This document shows, piece after piece, positions 38,126 to 48,295 of a stretch of 64,000 bases of DNA. This DNA comes from an uncultured Verrucomicrobiae bacterium (GTDB lineage Bacteria; Verrucomicrobiota; Verrucomicrobiia; Chthoniobacterales; JAFAMB01), in NCBI GenBank assembly GCA_963762565.1, contig CAVXLD010000010.1, positions 384,001-448,000 of the forward strand. Direction: 5' to 3'. The number at the start of each line of letters is the position of its first letter. Position 1 is the first letter of the stretch. The position numbers were made by a program, and so were the translations under genes. Under the pieces are notes generated by a model. That model was not told the origin of the DNA and did no database searches. It saw only the letters and a list, made by a program, of their open reading frames with translations.

Positions 38126-38596
38126 TCAGCCCTGGGCTTTGATCTGCACGGTGACCACGCACCTTGCCGGTGAAGCGGCTGGGCTCGCCTCAGGTAGGTC
38201 TTTGAACCCGTCCGTCACGGCATCAATAAAGCTTTTTCGGTTCTCCACCGGGATCTCTGCGATTAAGTCCGTAGTAGCCCCGGCATCCGATTGTTTGCTC
38301 ACCGCGCTCCCGCCCAATTTGGTGGCCAAATATTTCACTCGCGCCACCTCAGATTCCAATTGGGACTTCATGACCGACAACTCAACCGTCGGCTCGGATA
38401 GGCTTGACCCTCCCAATAGGTCGGACATGCGCTGCTTCAGTGAATCCGTCAATGGCTGGAGGTTAGGCTCCTGCGGATGCTGCGCCCGTGGGGCAAAGAA
38501 CAGCACGCCGGTCACCAAACAAATCGCTACCGCAAGAGTAGCTGCCACTACCAAGATCCAACGCATAAGAATTCGCCGCCTTGCCAACGCGGGCAA
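38126..38596 (-). CDS. Hypothetical single-TM protein
   Basis: N-terminal TM; ends 4 bp upstream of the phosphorylase start. Confidence 0.6.
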   Translation of the reverse strand: MPALARRRILMRWILVVAATLAVAICLVTGVLFFAPRAQHPQEPNLQPLTDSLKQRMSDLLGGSSLSEPTVELSVMKSQLESEVARVKYLATKLGGSAVSKQSDAGATTDLIAEIPVENRKSFIDAVTDGFKDLPEASPAASPARCVVTVQIKAQG

Positions 38597-38623
38597 AATC
38601 GGTTGAATGAGAGATTCTAAACA

Positions 38624-39622
38624 GTGATCGATTTGACGAAAGGTAAAATCCTAGTAACCGGTGGCGCAGGCTTCATCGGTAGCGCATTGATCTGGGCCCT
38701 GAATTTAAGGGGGATCGACCACATCCTGGTCTCTGATTTCCTGGGAACCGACGACAAGTGGCGGAATCTCGTCCCGCTTCGATTTGATGATTTCATTCAA
38801 CCTGAAAAATTACTGGATCGGGTCGAGCGAGATCCAAGCTCACTAGACGATATTCGCACCGTATTTCATCTCGGCGCTTGTTCCGCCACCACCGAACGCG
38901 ATCTCGGTTATCTGATGCGAAACAATTTTGAGTTTAGCAAGATCTTAGGTGAATGGTCGGCTCAGCGAAAAATCCGTTTCATCTACGCATCTTCGGCGGC
39001 CACCTATGGCGACGGATCCGCCGGAATGAAGGATGACGAGAGCTGCTTGGACCTGCTTCGGCCTCTCAACGGCTATGCGTTTTCCAAGCAACGCTTTGAT
39101 GCCTATGCTGCCCGGCGCGGCCTGCTAAGCCAGTTTATCGGGCTAAAATATTTTAACGTTTTTGGACCCAATGAAAGCCATAAGGGTGATATGCGCAGCG
39201 TTGTCCACAAAGCCTTTCAGCAGGTGCAAACCACTGGCAAGATCCAACTTTTCAAGAGCTATCGTCCAGATTATCGCGACGGCGAACAAAAGAGGGATTT
39301 CCTGTACGTGAAGGATGCGGTCGAGATGACGATCTTCTTGGCCTCAAATCCAGCGGCTGCGGGAATTTTCAACCTGGGATTTGGTCGTGCCAGGACCTGG
39401 ATTGACCTGGCAAACGCGGTCTTTTCCGCATTAGGACAGCCCCCCGTGATCGAATTTATCGAGATGCCAGATGCCCTGAGACCCAATTACCAATACTTCA
39501 CCGAGGCGACCATCGATAAGTTGGTCGGCTTGGGGTTTAAGGGTCCAACGTTCACACTGGAAGAGGCCGTGAGCGATTACGTGCAGAACTACCTCGTTCC
39601 AGGCCGGTTTTTGGAGCCCTAG
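38624..39622 (+). CDS. rfaD: ADP-L-glycero-D-manno-heptose 6-epimerase
   Basis: VTGGAGFIGS, HLGACSATTE, YASSAATYG, PLNGYAFSK, YFNVFGPNE.HKGDM and YQYFTEA motifs. Confidence 0.95.
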   Translation: MIDLTKGKILVTGGAGFIGSALIWALNLRGIDHILVSDFLGTDDKWRNLVPLRFDDFIQPEKLLDRVERDPSSLDDIRTVFHLGACSATTERDLGYLMRNNFEFSKILGEWSAQRKIRFIYASSAATYGDGSAGMKDDESCLDLLRPLNGYAFSKQRFDAYAARRGLLSQFIGLKYFNVFGPNESHKGDMRSVVHKAFQQVQTTGKIQLFKSYRPDYRDGEQKRDFLYVKDAVEMTIFLASNPAAAGIFNLGFGRARTWIDLANAVFSALGQPPVIEFIEMPDALRPNYQYFTEATIDKLVGLGFKGPTFTLEEAVSDYVQNYLVPGRFLEP

Positions 39623-39639
39623 TCCCGGAGCCCCAGATC

Positions 39640-39715
39640 GGTAGGGCGAAAAACTCGGCGCGCCCGGGATGCTGAATTCAGACTGGAAAGAACGCGCCGA
39701 GTTTTTCGCCCTGCC
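39640..39715. repeat. REP-like doublet, family R2 (short form)
   Basis: GGTAGGGCGAAAAACTCGGCGCG ... CGCGCCGAGTTTTTCGCCCTGCC between convergent genes. Confidence 0.88.
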
Positions 39716-39742
39716 GCTCCTGGGTTCGTCCGATGCCAACCG

Positions 39743-39967
39743 CTAACCCAACAGATCTTCTGATAACACGCTAGTCTGCTCCCTGGACCCTAGGATTTCA
39801 GCTTGTTTTACTACCGCTGCTGGATCGGCATTGAAACGATACCCATGACAGCTCGGGCAAGTGGCCACGCGCTGGGTCACGATAGAGTCGCATCCCTCAC
39901 AGATCTTGTATAAATGGGGCTCGCGAGCGATTTCGGCCGCCTTAGCTGCTCGCTGCGAAAGAGACAT
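39743..39967 (-). CDS. Small zinc-ribbon-like protein
   Basis: CEGC...CPSC motif in 74 aa. Confidence 0.7.
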   Translation of the reverse strand: MSLSQRAAKAAEIAREPHLYKICEGCDSIVTQRVATCPSCHGYRFNADPAAVVKQAEILGSREQTSVLSEDLLG

Positions 39968-40013
39968 ATCTCTTATATCTTCATTAAAGCTGCTCTCTTG
40001 GCAAGCCGGCAGC

Positions 40014-40156
40014 GGTTATAGGTTATAGGTTTTAAGTTATAGGTTGTACGTTTTAAGTTGCGCGCTCGGTGCTCAAGCTGCAAATCGCCCAGGCGCTGTC
40101 CCCGGCCGCCGGCCCAAAACCTAAAACTTAGAACGTAAAACCTAAAACCTAGAACT
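40014..40156. repeat. Fold-back element with AT-rich heptamer arms (RGTTWTA)n / (TARAACY)n
   Basis: About 6 units at 40014-40059 and about 6 inverted units at 40116-40156. Confidence 0.85.
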
Positions 40157-40157
40157 T

Positions 40158-41108
40158 TTAACTGTTTCGGGGCAAGAACTCGGATTCTAGAGCCAGCGCA
40201 GCCGCCCCAATTATGCCGGCATCGTTACCGAGTGCCGCCGGAACAATCTCGAGATTTTCCCAAAACGTCTTCTCGCACCGGTTCTGGATCGTCTGCCGAA
40301 TATACTGGAAAAGCCGTTCTCCAGCTTGGGAAACCCCGCCCCCAAGCACGATCCGACCAGGGTTGACCAACCAAATTACATTCGTGAGTCCGACCCCGAT
40401 TTTAAGTCCGATATCCCGCCAAACTTGGTCGGCCAGCCCATCTCCCTGCTCAGCGGCCTTTGACAAATTCCTCGGATCACCCTCTTCGTCCGAAATGCGC
40501 ACTCCTGCTGCTGAGTATATTTCCCTTGCCCGATCCGCGATCTTGTAGTGGCCAACGTAGGCTTCTAACGCGCCTTTATTCCCGTAGACAAAATCAACCC
40601 CTTGATAGTCAATCGACATCTGTCCTATTTCGCCGGCGACAAAGTTTGTGCCTCGGTACAATTTCCCATTCAGGATTAAGGCTCCACCGACCGCCGTGCC
40701 CAGGGTGACACATACAGTGTTGGGAACTTGCGCGCCGGCTCCGTGTTTCCACTCCGCGTAGGCCATGGCCTTAGCATCGTTTTCCAGGTTGGTTACGAGC
40801 CCGGTCGCCGACTGAACAATTTCGCGCAATGGGATTTTGATCCAGCCTCTCACGTTTGTCAGACGAATGACCATCCCTTGGACCGGATCAATGATCCCCG
40901 GAACCCCAAACCCTACCGATTGAACTTCCGGATGACGTGCTTTTAGTGCCTTGATTTCCTTGATCATCTCGGAAACCAGAGCATCGGTGTTCCCGTCCTG
41001 TCGGGTCTCTATCACGTTGCCCTTCTCTAGGATGACTCCATCCCTAACGACTCCGGTCTTGATGGTAGTCGCGCCAAAATCGAATCCGATAGCGGTTGCT
41101 GAGCTCAT
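40158..41108 (-). CDS. ROK family sugar kinase (glucokinase-like)
   Basis: GFDFGATTIK, GFGVPG, ENDAKA, TLGTAVGG, AGEIGQ and LGNDAGIIGAA motifs. Confidence 0.9.
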   Translation of the reverse strand: MSSATAIGFDFGATTIKTGVVRDGVILEKGNVIETRQDGNTDALVSEMIKEIKALKARHPEVQSVGFGVPGIIDPVQGMVIRLTNVRGWIKIPLREIVQSATGLVTNLENDAKAMAYAEWKHGAGAQVPNTVCVTLGTAVGGALILNGKLYRGTNFVAGEIGQMSIDYQGVDFVYGNKGALEAYVGHYKIADRAREIYSAAGVRISDEEGDPRNLSKAAEQGDGLADQVWRDIGLKIGVGLTNVIWLVNPGRIVLGGGVSQAGERLFQYIRQTIQNRCEKTFWENLEIVPAALGNDAGIIGAAALALESEFLPRNS

Positions 41109-41839
41109 GAGGGGAGGTTTCGAGTTGCTATGATGCGTAGCCCTTCCAGAGTGAGGTCAGGATCTACGATTTGCAACTCCGGAAGTTTCGCGGCGATCAA
41201 AGGCGCATAGCTGCCAGTTGCCACGATGTGAGCTTTCCCTTCGAGCTTGGCAACGATCTCGGTCACGATTTGTCTGACCAAACCCCGGTACCCATAGACG
41301 GCGCCAGCTAGCATCGCTTCCCGCGTGGATTTGCCGATGACGTCGGTTGGTTCCTCCAGATCGATCCGTGGTAACAGCGCCGTCTTTTGATAGAGATACT
41401 CGGTCATTACTCCGAGCCCGGGAGCAATTACCCCGCCTATATATCGGCCCTCTCGGGAAATGATATCGAAGGTGACAGCCGTCCCAAAATCCACCACCAC
41501 CGCAGGTGTACCGTGTCGGTGTGAAACACCGACTGCATTAGCAATACGGTCCGCGCCAATGGTTTCAGGCCGGGGAAAGTCGATCCCGACACCTAAATCA
41601 AGCTTCGGGCCGACCTCTAACAGCGGTGCTTTGACTAACTTCAAAAATATCCCTGTCTTTTGAGGCACTACCGACCCAACCAACGCGAAATCAAAAGACC
41701 AACGCTGCAAAACCCGGCGCACGCCGGCCACAGTCAGCTTCTTCGTTGGGATTACAGCTTTCTTCAGCAGCTTCTCCGCGTCCGACAACGCCAGTTTTGT
41801 CGAGGTATTGTTCAGGTTAACTAAGAGAAATCGGTTCAT
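41105..41839 (-). CDS. coaX: Type III pantothenate kinase
   Basis: SVVP, IGADR, VVDFGTAVTFD, GGVIAPG, TALLP and LTLEGL motifs. Confidence 0.93.
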   Translation of the reverse strand: MNRFLLVNLNNTSTKLALSDAEKLLKKAVIPTKKLTVAGVRRVLQRWSFDFALVGSVVPQKTGIFLKLVKAPLLEVGPKLDLGVGIDFPRPETIGADRIANAVGVSHRHGTPAVVVDFGTAVTFDIISREGRYIGGVIAPGLGVMTEYLYQKTALLPRIDLEEPTDVIGKSTREAMLAGAVYGYRGLVRQIVTEIVAKLEGKAHIVATGSYAPLIAAKLPELQIVDPDLTLEGLRIIATRNLPS

Positions 41840-41876
41840 GGTTTAGAGGAATGTGGGAGCCGCGAAGCCGAGGGTC

Positions 41877-42107
41877 GGTAGGGCGAAAAACTCGGCGCGC
41901 CCAAGATTTCGTTGCTCGATCAAATTAGAACGCGCCGGTTTTGAGCCGCGCCGTGGAGATGGCTTCACCCCGGAACCTGCCACAACGGAAACGCTCGGTT
42001 TGCGGCGATCATAGGTAGATTCTGGCCGCACGCCGCAGCTCAAATCCGGCGCGAAGCGACGCTGATAAATGGCTAAAGGTTGGGCGCGCCGAGATTTTCG
42101 CCCTACC
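41877..42107. repeat. REP-like/MITE-like element, family R2 (long form)
   Basis: 26-bp terminal IRs; core homologous to that of 52855-53081. Confidence 0.9.
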
Positions 42108-42179
42108 AACCCATTTTCGCGGTAAAGCCACCCCTCCACCCCGCATTTGCCAGCCAGCTGCCGAGATTTAGAGTGTGTC

Positions 42180-43163
42180 ATGCTTCAACTATTGCGGAGA
42201 CCTCGCCGCGTGCGTTCAAACCCGGCCTTGCGGCAGATGGTAAGGGAGAACAGCCTCGAGACACGTCAATTGATTTACCCAATGTTTGTCTCCGAGAAAG
42301 TTGATAAATCAGAAGCTATTTCCAGCATGCCTGGCGTCTACCAATACTCGGTAAACGAGCTTGTAGAAAATGCTAAACAAGTCTTCGATCTCGGAATACC
42401 TGCCATTCTGTTGTTCGGTATTCCACGTTTGAAAGACGAGCTAGGTTCGCGAGCTTTTGACCCTAACGGCATCGTACAAAGCGCCGTGCGCCACCTTAAA
42501 AAGAGCGTGCCAGACCTTCTGGTGATCACTGATGTCTGTCTCTGCGAATATACTTCTCACGGTCATTGCGGAATCGTAGACAAACGCAGAGGCGGATTTG
42601 AGGTGCTCAACGATCGATCGGTCGAAGTGCTGGTACAAACGGCTGTTAGTCAAGCCGAAGCCGGCGCGGACGTGGTTGCGCCCAGCGACATGATGGACGG
42701 GCGAGTCGGAGCGATGCGTTCCGGGCTCGATCAAGCGGGATTCAGCGACTTACCGATCATGAGCTACGCGGCAAAGTTCTGTTCGGCATTTTACGGACCG
42801 TTCCGAGAAGCAGCCGAAAGCGCTCCTCAGTTTGGCGATCGGCAAAGCTATCAAATGGATCCAGCCAATGCCGACGAAGCACTCCGTGAAGTCGCATTGG
42901 ATATCGAAGAGGGCGCGGACCTGATCATTGTAAAGCCTGGCCTACCCTACCTGGACATTCTCTGGCGGGTAAAACAACGGTTCGGCCTACCGACGGCCGT
43001 TTACAACATCAGCGGCGAGTACGCCATGTTAAAAGCCGCAGCCGCCAACGGCTGGATCGACGAAAAACGGGCCGTCCTCGAGGTAACGACCGGCTTTCGT
43101 AGAGCCGGCGCCGACATGGTGATAACCTACTGGGCCAAGGATCTTGCCTCCTGGCTGCGGTAG
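42180..43163 (+). CDS. hemB: Porphobilinogen synthase
   Basis: RPRR.R, DVCLCEYTSHGHCG, APSDMMDGR, AFYGPFREA, SYQMD, VKPGLPYLD and SGEYAM motifs. Confidence 0.98.
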   Translation: MLQLLRRPRRVRSNPALRQMVRENSLETRQLIYPMFVSEKVDKSEAISSMPGVYQYSVNELVENAKQVFDLGIPAILLFGIPRLKDELGSRAFDPNGIVQSAVRHLKKSVPDLLVITDVCLCEYTSHGHCGIVDKRRGGFEVLNDRSVEVLVQTAVSQAEAGADVVAPSDMMDGRVGAMRSGLDQAGFSDLPIMSYAAKFCSAFYGPFREAAESAPQFGDRQSYQMDPANADEALREVALDIEEGADLIIVKPGLPYLDILWRVKQRFGLPTAVYNISGEYAMLKAAAANGWIDEKRAVLEVTTGFRRAGADMVITYWAKDLASWLR

Positions 43164-43209
43164 AGGCAACGTGCTGGCCTACGGGCATGTGGGATAGAAA
43201 AAAATCCCC

Positions 43210-43309
43210 GGGCGCTGCGAACAGATAGGACCTATACGACCTATAGGACTTATATGCTTTGACCTATCGGTCCTATAGGTCCCATAAGTCCTATCCATTC
43301 GCAGCGCCC
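43210..43309. repeat. Fold-back element with 9-mer arms (ATAGGACCT)n / (AGGTCCYAT)n
   Basis: Outer GGGCGCTGCGAA/TTCGCAGCGCCC IR; a related 9-mer occurs in the core at about 27070-27100. Confidence 0.85.
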
Positions 43310-43401
43310 AGCGCATATCTCCCCCGCCCATTCGCCGACACGCCCACACGCTACCCCCTCTCCCCGCAACTTCCGCATTCCTTTCGGGTTCTTATGGTTG
43401 T

Positions 43402-43842
43402 ATGAAAATAACTCCCCTCCGAAGTGTTACTATTGCGCTGATAGCGTTGGCAGTAACCTCCTATCCATCAATTACCCAAGCGAAAGCTACTCCCACTCCA
43501 GCTCCCAGCGTTGCCCAGGCCAGCGGGAAGCAGGCGCCTGAGTCGGCGGATGAACGGCTGGCCGACCTCAAAAAACAGGTCAACCTCACCAAGGCACAAG
43601 AGGCCAAAGTGAAGCCAATCATCACGAAATACGTCTCGGATCGCGATGGGCTTTCCACCGACAAAACTCTCTCGAAGTCGGATAAGAACTCCAAAAAGGA
43701 AGCCCTCCGGAAGCAATATAATACGGACATCAACGCGGTCCTGACGCCGGATCAGCAACAAAAATGGGCTGCCGCCAAGAAAGAGATTTTCCAACCTAAA
43801 CAGCCCGTCGCCGCTTCGCCAAGTCCGTCTCCTAAGAAGTAG
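43402..43842 (+). CDS. Secreted helical protein (Spy/CpxP-like repeats)
   Basis: Signal peptide; LTKAQ and VLTPDQQQKW motifs; SPSP tail. Confidence 0.75.
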   Translation: MKITPLRSVTIALIALAVTSYPSITQAKATPTPAPSVAQASGKQAPESADERLADLKKQVNLTKAQEAKVKPIITKYVSDRDGLSTDKTLSKSDKNSKKEALRKQYNTDINAVLTPDQQQKWAAAKKEIFQPKQPVAASPSPSPKK

Positions 43843-43890
43843 GGCATCCCTACAGCGCTAGTCGCTTCGTTCTCGTCCTCGTCGAGGATT

Positions 43891-44163
43891 TGGGGAGCCG
43901 CTTTACCACGTACTTTACGACTTAGCGTTATTTGTTTCTGCGCGCGATCCGGCCAAAAAATGTGGCAACAGGCGGCTCCCGGGAACTACCCACCGGTTTG
44001 CTGCTCTATCGGCTACACGGCAAAGGGAACCGTGGGGGCCAGCGTAAATAGATCGCGCTGGGTAATTCCCGGGAGCCGCCTGTTTTTTCCCTTTTCGGCC
44101 GGATTGCCGTTGAGGCGAATACCGCGAGGGTGGCGACATACGCGCCAAAAGCGGCTCCCCTCC
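43891..44163. repeat. Nested fold-back element (GGGAGCCGC family)
   Basis: Outer GGGGAGCCGCTTT / AAAGCGGCTCCCC; inner CAGGCGGCTCCCGGGAACTACCC / GGGTAATTCCCGGGAGCCGCCTG; related copy at about 51093-51160. Confidence 0.82.
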
Positions 44164-44198
44164 GACGCTGGAGCTTCGCGCCCAAACGCCCCATCGCC

Positions 44199-45413
44199 TC
44201 ACTTCCCCGCCACTTCCGCTGGCGCTTGGGCTACTGAAACCGGCGTTCGACGAAGAGTCAGCGAAAGTAGAAAAGCGACCCCCATCACAATCCCACCGAT
44301 CAGGAAGGGGGTATTACCGTAGGCAGGGATAGCGCCGGAATGATCCCAGCCGAGCATGTAGCTCCCGACCGCGGGTCCAACCACCCGGCCGAGACTCCCA
44401 GCCGATTGCACCGTTCCGATCACCCTGCCTTGCGCGGTAGCGGCCGCTAACCGGGAGGCCATCGCCGTCAACGTCGGTTGAGCCAAGCTGTTCCCCACCG
44501 CTAGGCCAAACGTGAACAGCAAGAACAACCCCATATTATGCGCCAACGGCATAACCAGCATGCTAATTGCCATCACAGCTAAACCAGCGCCGGCCAATTT
44601 GTAGTCTCCGAATCGCTTGGCTAACCGCCCAATGGCTCCGCCTTGAATAAGAGCTCCTACTAATCCAAGGAACACAAAGACCAAACTGATTTGGGTCGGC
44701 GTCAGACTAAATCGCCGGTCGAGCACCAAGGGATAAATCATGGTCACAATCGCGAAACCGGCAATAGCGACAAAGTAGGTTGCGACCAAAACCGGAATCC
44801 CATTAAAGCCGGTCCGCTCTACCACGCCCGGACTAACCGGTACCGTCATCTCGGACCGCTTCACATGCTTCTCCGGCTCCGGCAAAAACAGGAGGACAGC
44901 GATCGCGTTGAGGAAGGCGACACCGGCTCCGAACCAGAAGGGTCCTACCGTCCAAAAATGGCTCAGAATTCCGCCGATAGCAGGCCCAAGCACAAACCCC
45001 ACTCCGAACGCGGCCCCGATCAGGCCCATCCGCCGGGAACGATTCTCGGGCGGGGTGATGTCCGCGATGTAGGCCGCTGCCGTGCCCACGCTAGCGCCAC
45101 AGATACCAGCAATGATCCGGGCGATGAACAACATGGTCAGCGATTGAGCATTAGCCATCACCGCATAGCCAATCACCGAACCGATCAGGCTAATCAGCAA
45201 AACAGGTTTACGCCCGATACGATCTGATATGTAGCCGAGAACCGGGGAAGCCAGAAACTGCATGAAAGAGTAGACGCCCAGCAGCAATCCAATCTGCCAT
45301 TCCTCTGCCCTAAAGCTTTTGGCATACAGCGGCAGGATCGGGATGATCATGCCAAACCCGATCAGATCGACAAATACAACCAGCAGAATAGTGGCTAGAG
45401 GTGACTTTTTCAT
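44199..45413 (-). CDS. MFS transporter, TetA/DHA1-like
   Basis: D.IGFG.I.P.LP, G..SDRIGRKP, AYIADIT and GFVLGP.IGG motifs; about 12 TM. Confidence 0.92.
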   Translation of the reverse strand: MKKSPLATILLVVFVDLIGFGMIIPILPLYAKSFRAEEWQIGLLLGVYSFMQFLASPVLGYISDRIGRKPVLLISLIGSVIGYAVMANAQSLTMLFIARIIAGICGASVGTAAAYIADITPPENRSRRMGLIGAAFGVGFVLGPAIGGILSHFWTVGPFWFGAGVAFLNAIAVLLFLPEPEKHVKRSEMTVPVSPGVVERTGFNGIPVLVATYFVAIAGFAIVTMIYPLVLDRRFSLTPTQISLVFVFLGLVGALIQGGAIGRLAKRFGDYKLAGAGLAVMAISMLVMPLAHNMGLFLLFTFGLAVGNSLAQPTLTAMASRLAAATAQGRVIGTVQSAGSLGRVVGPAVGSYMLGWDHSGAIPAYGNTPFLIGGIVMGVAFLLSLTLRRTPVSVAQAPAEVAGK

Positions 45414-45489
45414 GAATGCTCAAAAGGCTTTACCCAAGACAACCGCGAATGGACACGAATTGACGCGAAGACAAACAGAATAAGTCCAA

Positions 45490-45642
45490 CCGCAGATTAA
45501 CGCAGATGTACGCAGATTTCGTCTAGAGGTTGAAGATTGCCAGCGAGCTAAACGACGCTGCTGGAGGCCACACCGTTTTCGTTTCGTTCTAGCGGATGGA
45601 ACAACCTCAAAACGAAATCTGCGTAATCTGCGTAATCTGCGG
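45490..45642. repeat. Fold-back element with (CGCAGATTA)n / (AATCTGCGT)n arms
   Basis: 45490-45532 pairs with 45602-45642; a (CRCGAAT..)-type repeat lies at 45443-45468. Confidence 0.85.
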
Positions 45643-45663
45643 ATCATTCCATTAGTCTGCGGT

Positions 45664-48216
45664 TCACGCTCGTTCACGCTCGTTCCCGGCGCTATTAAGC
45701 GTCCCGTGAGTTACCCCGAGTCGTGAGTCCGCTTTCAGTTCGTGCCACAGGTCGTCACCGGTACGGGAACCATCCAATAATCCATGATAGAGCGAGATCA
45801 AGCGACGAGCGTTTTCCCGATCTTCATCCAGAAGTTCGACTCGGAAATATTTTAGCCCGGCCCTTTGCAATCGCGCAAAATAGTGAGCGCCGGTTTGCGC
45901 TCGAGCGTTGAAAACGGTATTGCGGCAGCCGACGTCCGCTTTCACCAAGTGAGTCTGACCGACGCGGTCGCGCACTTCGACCCGGTGCCGGTCACACGGC
46001 CGGCCGCAGTTGGTATAATCAGTTCCATTTGACAAGAAGGCGGCAAACACACAGTGCTCCATGTGAAACATGGGCATATGTTGGTGTAGAGTCAGTTCGT
46101 AGCGAGCCCCGGGAGAATACGCCAACAGAGCCAAGATCTGTTCAAAAGTCAGGTCGTACGAGATAGTCAAGCGGCTCAAACCCTGTTCCACCAAGAAATC
46201 TGCTGCCAACGGATTCGCCACATTCAGCGAAAAATCACCGCGCAACTTCAGGCCTTTTCCTCGGAAATAGGCGATTGCTCCGAGATTACGAATGAGTATG
46301 CCCGCCGGCTGCGCGTTCTCTATTGAGCGGAAAAAACCTTGCTCACCCGGCTTCTGTATTCTCGGAGTCGCCAGAAATAGCTCGGCTCGCGATCCAACCA
46401 TTTCGACTGCCTCAGGGTAGCGCCGGATATCTTCAAAATCGACATAGATCGAGCGCACACCCAGTGAGAGTGCCGCCTCAAGCTGAGGGATGCTTCTACA
46501 CAAAACAACCAATTCAGGCCGAACAGCCGCCATCGCATTGGTTGAGGGAACCGGCCTGAGCGGCCAATCGACGTGGAGCACTGCCTCGCTTGCGAGGCCG
46601 ACGCGGTCGGCACCTTGCAGTGCTGGGACCTTGGCGGCCAAAGCTTCTATCGCATCCCGACGCAATTGGTTTATCGCGCCCGCCGCCATGAAAACGCCTT
46701 CATCCAGCTCGACCCCGATTTTCTCCGCATGAAACCGGCTCCCACCCAACTTTCCTAACTGCTCTTGAACGCCGCGCACAGTTAATGGCGCAGATCGCGC
46801 TGCCTGCAACACTTGGGCGGACTCCAGGTCGACGGTCACATCGCCGCAAGCAACTTTCAGCCTCAACGGCAAACCGCATTTGCCGGTCGCGACCATTGAC
46901 ACCGGCAATGTCGATTTTTGCAGGTCACGAGAGAACGTTTGCCGGAGTGCTTTGTTGAGTGCCGGATCGTCCGTTTTCCAAACTCGATCCCCCACTGCCA
47001 CCCTGGCAAAATCAATCTCATTATTACCGAAGAAGAACCGCGCACCCCGGACCTCGTAAACCCTCCCGCCCTCTTCTTGCTCCGTATCGCCACCGTTGAC
47101 GAAAACCAGTCCATCCCCTGGCCGGACAGCGATGCGAGCCCGAATCTCGACAAAATCTTTGCCCACTTCGGTAACTTCGCCCACATACGCCCCCCGCTTC
47201 TTGCCGAATCGGCCGTTGACCAGCTGCTGATGATTTACGCCGTGAAGCCACCCGGTATAGAGCCCGCGCGAAAAAGTCATCTCCAGCGCATACCGATCGT
47301 CAGTTGACGCGGTCGGCACCGTGGAGCGCGCCTCGCTTGCGAGGCCGGCGCGGTCGGCAGACGCTACCGGCGATGTTGGCATTGTCGGCGTTGACGGCGC
47401 TGCCGGCGCTGCCGGCGTTAAAACCCCATCGATGGCCTTCCGATACACCTTAGTGACCGCGGCTACATACTCCGGGCTCTTGAGCCGTCCTTCGATCTTA
47501 AAGGCGCGAACACCGAGACCGATCAACTCCGGAATTTCTTCTAGCCCTGCCAGATCTTGAGGCGATAGCAGGTACCGGCGATCGCCCAACTCGTGTTTCA
47601 GACCATCAACAACCAAGTCGTACGGAAGACGGCACGCTTGCGCACATTCGCCACGATTCGCGCTCCGTTGGCCAAGCGATTCACTGGTCAGACATTGGCC
47701 GGAGTAAGCCACGCAAAGCGCTCCGTGAACAAAAGTCTCGATTGGTACATCCACCGCTTTGAATCGGTCGAGTTCACGGAGAGATAATTCTCGTGCAACA
47801 ACGGCTCGACTGATTCCGGCTTGCCTCATCAGCTCCAGACCTTCAGGAGAGGTGATGGTCATTTGCGTCGACGCATGCAGCTCGAGCTCCGGAACCAGGT
47901 GCTGAGCAAGCCGGACCAAGCCGACATCTTGCACGATAATAGCGTCAGCACCGGCAGCAGCGATCGCCTTCAACTGAGCCGCCGCCTCGGCCAGCTCATC
48001 CGTGAAAATGAGGGTATTAAACGTGATGTAGCCGCGCACATTCCGCTCGTGGAGGTACTCCATCACCCCTGGCAACTCTTCGAGCGTGAAATTATGCGCG
48101 CGCAGTCGGGCATTGAACTTCGGCAAACCGAAATAGACCGCATTCGCGCCGTTGGCGACAGCAGCGCGAAGGCATTCCCAATCACCCGCTGGGCTCAGTA
48201 ATTCCGGGGCCGGCAT
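45664..48216 (-). CDS. U32 'peptidase' family Fe-S hydroxylase with DUF3656-like region (RlhA-like RNA hydroxylase)
   Basis: ELLSPAG, HASTQM, FVHGALCVAYSGQC, NRGECAQACR, LSPQDL and KIEGRLK motifs; second degenerate U32 domain. Confidence 0.88.
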   Translation of the reverse strand: MPAPELLSPAGDWECLRAAVANGANAVYFGLPKFNARLRAHNFTLEELPGVMEYLHERNVRGYITFNTLIFTDELAEAAAQLKAIAAAGADAIIVQDVGLVRLAQHLVPELELHASTQMTITSPEGLELMRQAGISRAVVARELSLRELDRFKAVDVPIETFVHGALCVAYSGQCLTSESLGQRSANRGECAQACRLPYDLVVDGLKHELGDRRYLLSPQDLAGLEEIPELIGLGVRAFKIEGRLKSPEYVAAVTKVYRKAIDGVLTPAAPAAPSTPTMPTSPVASADRAGLASEARSTVPTASTDDRYALEMTFSRGLYTGWLHGVNHQQLVNGRFGKKRGAYVGEVTEVGKDFVEIRARIAVRPGDGLVFVNGGDTEQEEGGRVYEVRGARFFFGNNEIDFARVAVGDRVWKTDDPALNKALRQTFSRDLQKSTLPVSMVATGKCGLPLRLKVACGDVTVDLESAQVLQAARSAPLTVRGVQEQLGKLGGSRFHAEKIGVELDEGVFMAAGAINQLRRDAIEALAAKVPALQGADRVGLASEAVLHVDWPLRPVPSTNAMAAVRPELVVLCRSIPQLEAALSLGVRSIYVDFEDIRRYPEAVEMVGSRAELFLATPRIQKPGEQGFFRSIENAQPAGILIRNLGAIAYFRGKGLKLRGDFSLNVANPLAADFLVEQGLSRLTISYDLTFEQILALLAYSPGARYELTLHQHMPMFHMEHCVFAAFLSNGTDYTNCGRPCDRHRVEVRDRVGQTHLVKADVGCRNTVFNARAQTGAHYFARLQRAGLKYFRVELLDEDRENARRLISLYHGLLDGSRTGDDLWHELKADSRLGVTHGTLNSAGNERERA

Positions 48217-48295
48217 ATTGGTTACGCTAGTCCGCGCCGCCTATTGCGCAAATCATTGGGATGCGAGGAGGATATCGGCGTCGCCGATACGCCAC

